A DNA stretch of 64,000 nt from Eledone cirrhosa (lineage: Eukaryota). The position numbers were made by a program, and so were the translations under genes. The stretch is taken from contig OZ024749.1 in the NCBI GenBank assembly GCA_964016885.1, positions 18,290,001 through 18,354,000 of the forward strand, given 5' to 3'. Of the stretch, positions 57,286 to 64,000 are shown piece by piece (positions within the stretch are counted from its first letter, which is position 1; every line of letters starts with the position of its first letter). Below the pieces are notes generated by a model. The model saw only the letters and a list, made by a program, of their open reading frames with translations. It was not told the DNA's origin and searched no databases.

Positions 57286-57861
57286 AAATACACTGTTTTC
57301 TGTTATATAAAAACTACAATAACAACAGAACAAATCCGCTTCTTAAAACACTGTGTTTCCTCCAAAATATACACAACAAACATATCAAAACAAGTAAATA
57401 ATTTATTATTGAACAAAACACAAGCTGAACGACTAAAACACACAATAACAGTTAATATGAAAAGAACAACATACACAAAAGTCAACGAACTTTACAGACA
57501 GAAATGCATTAACGGTAAGGAAGTCCGAAATCTCACCACGCCATGAAACGAAATACGCCCGAAACGAATGCAATAGGCATTTCAATAAGAAATTAGAATG
57601 GATGAATAAGAAAAAACTACAAGGAAGGAAAATAGAATATTCTCAAAAATACCCAGATAACATCAACAATATCCGTATGACTACCGGAAGAATTTACCAA
57701 TGACCACACAATAAATATTTATGGGAACACTTTAATCAGTGAACAAGAACAACAAATCCTGCAGCTACCACCGAAATTTGCCATCTACAAAAAGATTAAC
57801 CCTATGGGGTGCAAAACGGAGCTGGAAAAATGTTTCACAAAAATACGTTGGAGTGCAAAGG

Positions 57862-58335
57862 TAAACAACAACAACAACAATAATAACGGTAGTAGTAATA
57901 TAAACAATAACTCTGAGTATAGAAATAACAGCCATAACAATAACAATAGCAGGAAAGTGAGAAATAGTAATAACGGTAATAATAATAACGATAGACAGAA
58001 CAACAACAACCACAATAATAATAATAATAATAGAAACATTAACCACAGACACAGCAGCAGCGACCACAGTAGTAATAACGGTAACAATACGAACAACAAC
58101 AACAATAACCGCAGTGGTAATAATGGAAATAATACATGTAGCAATATTAATGATAGACACAACAAAAACAAGAAACATAATAAAAGTAACAACCACAATG
58201 GTAGAAATAACAGTAACAACAACAATAACGGTGAAGTAAACAACAATACATCTAGCAATCATAACAATAATAATAATGCTAATGATAGGAACAACAACAA
58301 CCACCATGATAACAATAATAGCAACACACACAACT
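57862..58335 (+). repeat. Degenerate AAY trinucleotide tract encoding an Asn-rich segment
   Basis: In frame within ORF 57804-58628. Confidence 0.85.
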
Positions 58336-61010
58336 ATGAGGATAGATATAATGACAACCCCTTAGAGAAACTATTTTTCAACCCAGCTGACAAAACATAT
58401 AAGATGGGTAATATCTATCCTACGAGGTTATCCTTTAATAAAAGAGTTTGCATACCACAACAAATAGATGACGAGACAGAGGCACAGTTCACCATAACTA
58501 GAAATAAGATTAGACAAATAGTAGACAGGTATACTAAGAGACAGAGCAGACCAGAGGCCCAACAACTTGGGAGGAAACCTGTAGAAGGCTTGGTTAGCCT
58601 CAAGCAGCGCAAAGGGATGGTGAGGTAGTATGTCTACCCAAGGATAAGTCTGATAGCATGCCGAACTACATCAAGGCTATGCAACCCCACATCACCAACA
58701 CGAGCGAAATTGCCCAACAAACACACGATGGGAGAGAGAAAATCCTCAACGCTCACATGATGATGTGGACCGACATCCTAAAGCCAAGCAGACGCACTGC
58801 CAACAACTTCCAGGCGTCTAACAATGGCATACCACCCTTGTATGGGCTCCGCAAAGACCACAAGACAGTCAACGACCCGACAACAGGACCACCAACAAGA
58901 CCCGTATGCGGAGCTAATATAGATAGTAACTACAGGACCTCCTACATCCTCTCAATGGTTATACGCCCCATAATCAAGATGTCCCCAGATGTATGTAACA
59001 GTACAGAGGACCTCCTCAGCAGAATCAGTGAGTGCAACAAAAACAGGAACCTATCCAACTGCATAATAGGCAGCATGGATGTGGTGTCACTGTACCCATC
59101 CATTAACATTGATTTTGCTGTGAAAAGATGTGTGGAGTTGATCGTTGAGAGTGAGGTAGAGTTCTGCGACGTCGACACAGACGAACTGGGCCTTCTACTT
59201 AGACTTACCTACGACACTGACTACCTAGACAGCCATGACCTTAGACGTTTCTGCCCTAGTAGACCCATAAGAGGTAGACCCCCCACCATAACCTCAATGG
59301 CAAAAAGACTCCCATGCGAAGGTGGATTGGGTGGACCAAAGCTATACGGACCCCCCAATACAATGATCAGGTAAGAAAAATGGTCGCACATGCAATAGGG
59401 GCTAGTATCAAAACTACCCTAAAGGGCCACATATTTAAGTTCAACGAGAAGATCTACACCCAAAATGAGGGAGCAGCCATTGGCGTCAGCATAGCCGGTG
59501 ATGTTGCCAACCTTTTCATGGTATGGTGGGAGAGGAGACTTAAAGACCTCCTTAATGAGAGTTCCATAGACCACATCATGTACTCTCGTTATGTAGACGA
59601 TATCAATATAGTTATAAGAACACCCCCACTAGAGAGCACTAACAAGTTTGATTTAGAACGTAGCACAATGGAAAGCATCCAGCAGATAGCTAATTCCATA
59701 CACCAGAGTATAACTGTAACTATCGACTTCCCTTCCAAACACCCTAACAATAGACTACCTGTATTAGACACAGAACTCTGGATTAACACTATAGACGAGA
59801 GAGCCCAAATTCTCCACTCACACTATGCTAAACCCATGGCCTCCAAATACCTGATACTCAAAAACTAAGCAATGTCCAGTAGTGCTAAGTTTAATATTCT
59901 GATCGCAGATTTGGTACGAGTGATGAAGAATGTGTCCCGCATGTGCGACCCAACAGAAATGGAAAGACACATCCAACACTTCATCAACCGCATGCAGTTC
60001 TCTGGCTACAACCAAAGAGACAGAGTCAGAGTATACGAAGGAGCCATGGAAAAGTATAAGACCCTCATAGAACTGTACATGAAAGGAATTTGCTCATTAT
60101 ACAGGAGCAAATCATGGAATAGCTTAGATAGGGCTAGACATAAGATGGGGAAAGCCACCTCATGGTACGACAACCAGAGATACCAAAGTGTCATGTTTGT
60201 GGACGCTATCCCTGGAGGGAAATTAGCTAACTAGTGTAGAAAGGCCCTGAGAAAGACCCACTTATAAATGAAGGTGGTAGAAAAGCCAGGAACCACCATA
60301 AAATCCCTGATCAGAAAAACCTACCCTTTTAGGAAAACCCACTGTACCAATAGGAAATGTATCATATGTAAGGTAAACCACCCGATAAACTGTAAAACTA
60401 GAAGCGTAGTCTATAGCATAAGATGTACAGAGGGTACTTGCAGAAACATGACAACAACATACTTAGGTGAGACAGCTCGTAGCATAGGTGAAAGGATAGA
60501 CCAACACAGGGGGAACTAAAAGGACGAAAAAACGGGTCAGTACTCTACACACATGCCAGACAACAACATGACGGTAACATAGACAACATAGAAATTAGAA
60601 TAATATCTAAACATAGAAATGACCCAGTAGATAGGCAAATCAGAGAGGCCAGTGAAATAGAACTTAGAAGACCAAGACTAAACAGAAAGAATGAATGGAA
60701 TAACAACAACACCCAAACAAACAACACTGACCTAAGAGAAGTATAACTAAGTAAATAAAATAAGATAAATAAATAAAATAAGATAAATAAATAAATAAAT
60801 AAATAAATAAATACATACACAAGCATATAAACACACACTAGTCACCCAATCATGAGCACTCATCACACATCAAACAAAACACTATACACACACACAAACG
60901 CATGCGCAATGAAGACAAAATAAAATAAACAAACAAGCAAATAAATAAATATATAGACAGACTGAATAAAAATGGCGTAGACATACAATACAACGGGAGG
61001 AAATAATAGC

Positions 61011-61052
61011 ACCACTGACGATGTTGCAGATGTGCAACGAAAGATTTATGAT
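61011..61052 (+). ncRNA. HHR-like core, family D (weak stem I)
   Basis: acca CTGACGA t gttgca gatg tgcaac GAAA gatt TA tgat. Same position as the family E HHR. Confidence 0.55.
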
Positions 61053-61316
61053 AAACTATATATGTGTGTTTGTGTCCATATTGTATCTGTATTATTTTTG
61101 ACCGTCGGTCAGTCAATGGCGACATTGAGGACCGAGTAAGTTAGGTTACCGATATAAAAGACCCAGAAGCGAAAAGCGAAAACCAACCAAACAGTGAGTG
61201 TGTTCTGTTATTAATTCTGGCAATATTACACAAATATGACCCTCCCCAAGTATAACAATATTTGTTTCGACACACGATTTCATATAAAAAACCTCGCAAA
61301 ATAATTCATCGCCATT

Positions 61317-61575
<259 letters not shown>

Positions 61576-61659
61576 CATGGAAAGTTATATTTAAATTGTT
61601 GGTTACAACTAGTAAATATTTATAACTGATATAAAAGCACTCGACAAGTATTTGGAGTA

Positions 61660-63975
61660 TATTTACGATATTAAATAAATGGAAACTATATTTATAAAAC
61701 CATATTTATTTCATTATATATATTTCAGGGATATCATATTAACAATATGCTATGCCTTCCTCAGACAAAATACAATATAGACAGTTTTATAGATAAATAG
61801 ATTTGACATACCGTTCAACATCGACTTGTATTTGAAAAGTTGATTTGGCAGTGAAAAAATTGTAAACAGAAAGAAAGAGAGAAAAAAGGAAAGAAAGAAA
61901 AGAAAGAAAGAAAACGAAGAAAAAGAAGAAAAAGAAGAAATGCATGGAACAAAATAGAGAGATGGAAAGATAGATAAAGAGAAGAACTTCATGTAAAGAA
62001 ACAGAGAGAGATATATATAGAGAGAGGAAATAGATAGAGATAGATATATATAGAGAAAAGTAGGTAGTTGGACATCCGTTGAATAAACGTATCAATGATA
62101 CATTTATTTATTTATTTATTTATTTAGCTCTAGTATTAATTGTTTCTACTTTAGGCACAAGGCCAGCAATTACCCAGTGCAAGGATGAAAGGCAAAGCTC
62201 TAGTATTAATGTAAGGGAGATATATGTGGTTAGGAGAGAAACCAGCTGTTATATAGAGAGAAAAATGAAAAGTAACCAGACATAGGCGAGGCATAAAAAC
62301 CCTATGTTTTAATGTAGAAGTATTAGTATGTATAAAAACCAGGCACTATAATGTAAATATCAGTATTCATGAATGAGACACGTATCCATAATGTGTGAAA
62401 AGTAATGATCTTGTTTAGTTTTAAAAATTCATATGTTTATATGATAACTACAAACATCGATGTGAATTTACGTGATCAACTCTGCAAACCCCAATTTCAC
62501 ACGGAGAACATTCTCATTGTGCTATAAAAATTTAAGTATACATATATGTGTATATATATACACATATATATAGAGTCTATATTACTACTATTCTTGTCTT
62601 TACTCTACATGATTATCTATCAAGCAGAAATAGAGAACAGATTTCAATATATTAATAAAAAATATCAGAAACAAAAACCAAAAAAATAATAATAATAATA
62701 ATAATAATAAATAATAATAAAATAGAAAACTAAAAAATATTACGAAAAAATATTACATATTAAAAATATTACATATTAAAAATAAAATATTAGAAAATAC
62801 TACAATAATAAAAATAAACCACAAAGATCAACCCTTCAAAATTAATTGACAATATATTGTCAAGTTCATTATAAGCATCAGAGTCGAAAACAGATAAAGC
62901 TAAAAATTATTTATCAAATCGCGTCTAGCAAAAATCATTTCAAAAAGTTTAGGATGCCCATTTGGTCTACATGTGTTCTTATATTTAATATAGAAGTTTA
63001 TCTAGTGTAACGTTTATTCGAAATATTTGGAGCATCAACTTTTAGGGTAGTTTAATTTTTCATGAAGAATGTTTAAATAAAAATAAAAATAAAAATAAAA
63101 ATAAAAAGAAGAATAAAAAGAAGAAATCGAAAGATTTATCGGCTAGTTTCCCAAATAATTATAAATCAAACTAAATATACTACATTTTAAATTTAAATTT
63201 ATATTTAAAAGTTGAGTTTAATCTATGTTTGCAGCAACTGAATAAATTTGTCCGTAGATTAAGGGAATTTTTAGATTTTAGTATAAAGAATATCTCCTCT
63301 GCGCAGAGGTCACATGTCTCAGAGGATGAATTAAAAGGAATCCCTCTTGAGACTATATTCCAAGCCGTCGAATATCTAACGTTATCTAGCTTAAGTTGCC
63401 AGAGTACGCCTGATAGTGCTGTTGAAGATTTTTTGCTTGGATCTGTGAAAGAATTCTTGTGGTTATTATAGCGAAGTTTAAATTCCGTCGATGTGGAACC
63501 GACGTAGTTAAAAGAATTAGAGTCAGTTTTAACATTACAATTGTATATTATATTTTTAACTAAGCAGTTGTTATTTAACGGACATTTAGATCTATCTCTA
63601 CAGTTACATTTGTTAACTTGTATATTATTTATGCTATTATCATTAGGTTTTAAGTTCCTATTATTTATTCTATCAATATTTTGTGCTAAATTTTTGGTGG
63701 ATGAGTAGGTTAATTTTATAGTATGTCTATTGAAAATTGAGTGATACCTATGTGTTCTAGGGAAGCGATTATCAAGAGCTTTAAAAATAGTTTAGCGATG
63801 TGGGTTTTAATGTTTAGTGAGAAAGGGGGGGGGGGGGGCAACCCAAATTATGTTCCTAGTTCTATTTCTTTTTTGGCTTTTGGAATTATTGTAATGCTTT
63901 CTATTATAGTTGTTAAGGTTGTTGCCGTAATTAAAATAGTTGTTATTTTGTTTAGTTTGTCTATGATTATCTATG
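61660..63975 (-). mobile_element. Family H copy: EN-coding 3' part (about 63975->63180), 3'UTR and pLTR
   Basis: Minus frame CNCRDRSKCPLNNNC..YVGSTSTEFK..TCDLCAEE..FSCCKH (absent from the ORF track). 63660-63950 resembles the reverse complement of 56920-57220. Confidence 0.85.
61707..61772 (-). ncRNA. Type I HHR, family H
   Basis: Minus strand: tattttgt CTGAGGA aggcatagcatatt..aatatgatatccct GAAA tatata TA atgaaata. Confidence 0.75.
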
Positions 63976-64000
63976 TACATAATAGGGCGGTGAATTGGCA

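Larger units (their letters stand above)
57286..61316 (+). mobile_element. PLE family D, near full length, multiply disrupted
   Basis: N-terminal IRFLKHC; Asn-rich tract; PPLYGLRKDHK, TRPVCGA, GSMDVVSLYPSI, GAAIGVSIAG, YSRYVDDI, LPVLDTELW; GIY-YIG VVYSIRC..YLGETARS; pLTR ends in (TA)n. Confidence 0.88.

Overview
Eukaryotic, AT-rich window that is almost entirely mobile DNA. It looks invertebrate (possibly cephalopod), which I cannot verify, and I recognise no host gene. It is a nest of Penelope-like retroelements (PLEs: RT plus C-terminal GIY-YIG endonuclease) from about ten families (my labels A-J; L is an ORF-less element), plus one RTE-like LINE, nearly all inserted in (TA)n microsatellite. 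Six families (A, B, C, F, H, J) have Hydra-clade hallmarks: SxKNIP N-terminus, MGxSD..Q/E and G(L/I)YRDD RT motifs, and a CxCx5C linker. G is Neptune-like; D, E and I are other EN+ PLEs. Reading both strands by eye gives about 33 type I hammerhead ribozyme (HHR) motifs, intact or decayed, in the 3' pseudo-LTRs. They include U3-A8 and U4C core variants and HHRs with about 45-100 nt inserted in stem II. The main candidate system has three parts: (i) an ORF-less 591-bp HHR-bearing retrozyme-like unit in tandem and inverted, circularly permuted form; (ii) a circularly permuted full-length Hydra PLE of about 1.03 units that begins and ends mid-ORF; (iii) insertion ends that repeatedly fall on internal TA motifs. 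Together these suggest ribozyme-generated circular RNAs reverse-transcribed in rolling-circle fashion from nicked (TA)n. Coordinates were read by eye and may be off by a few bases. Ribozyme activity is untested.
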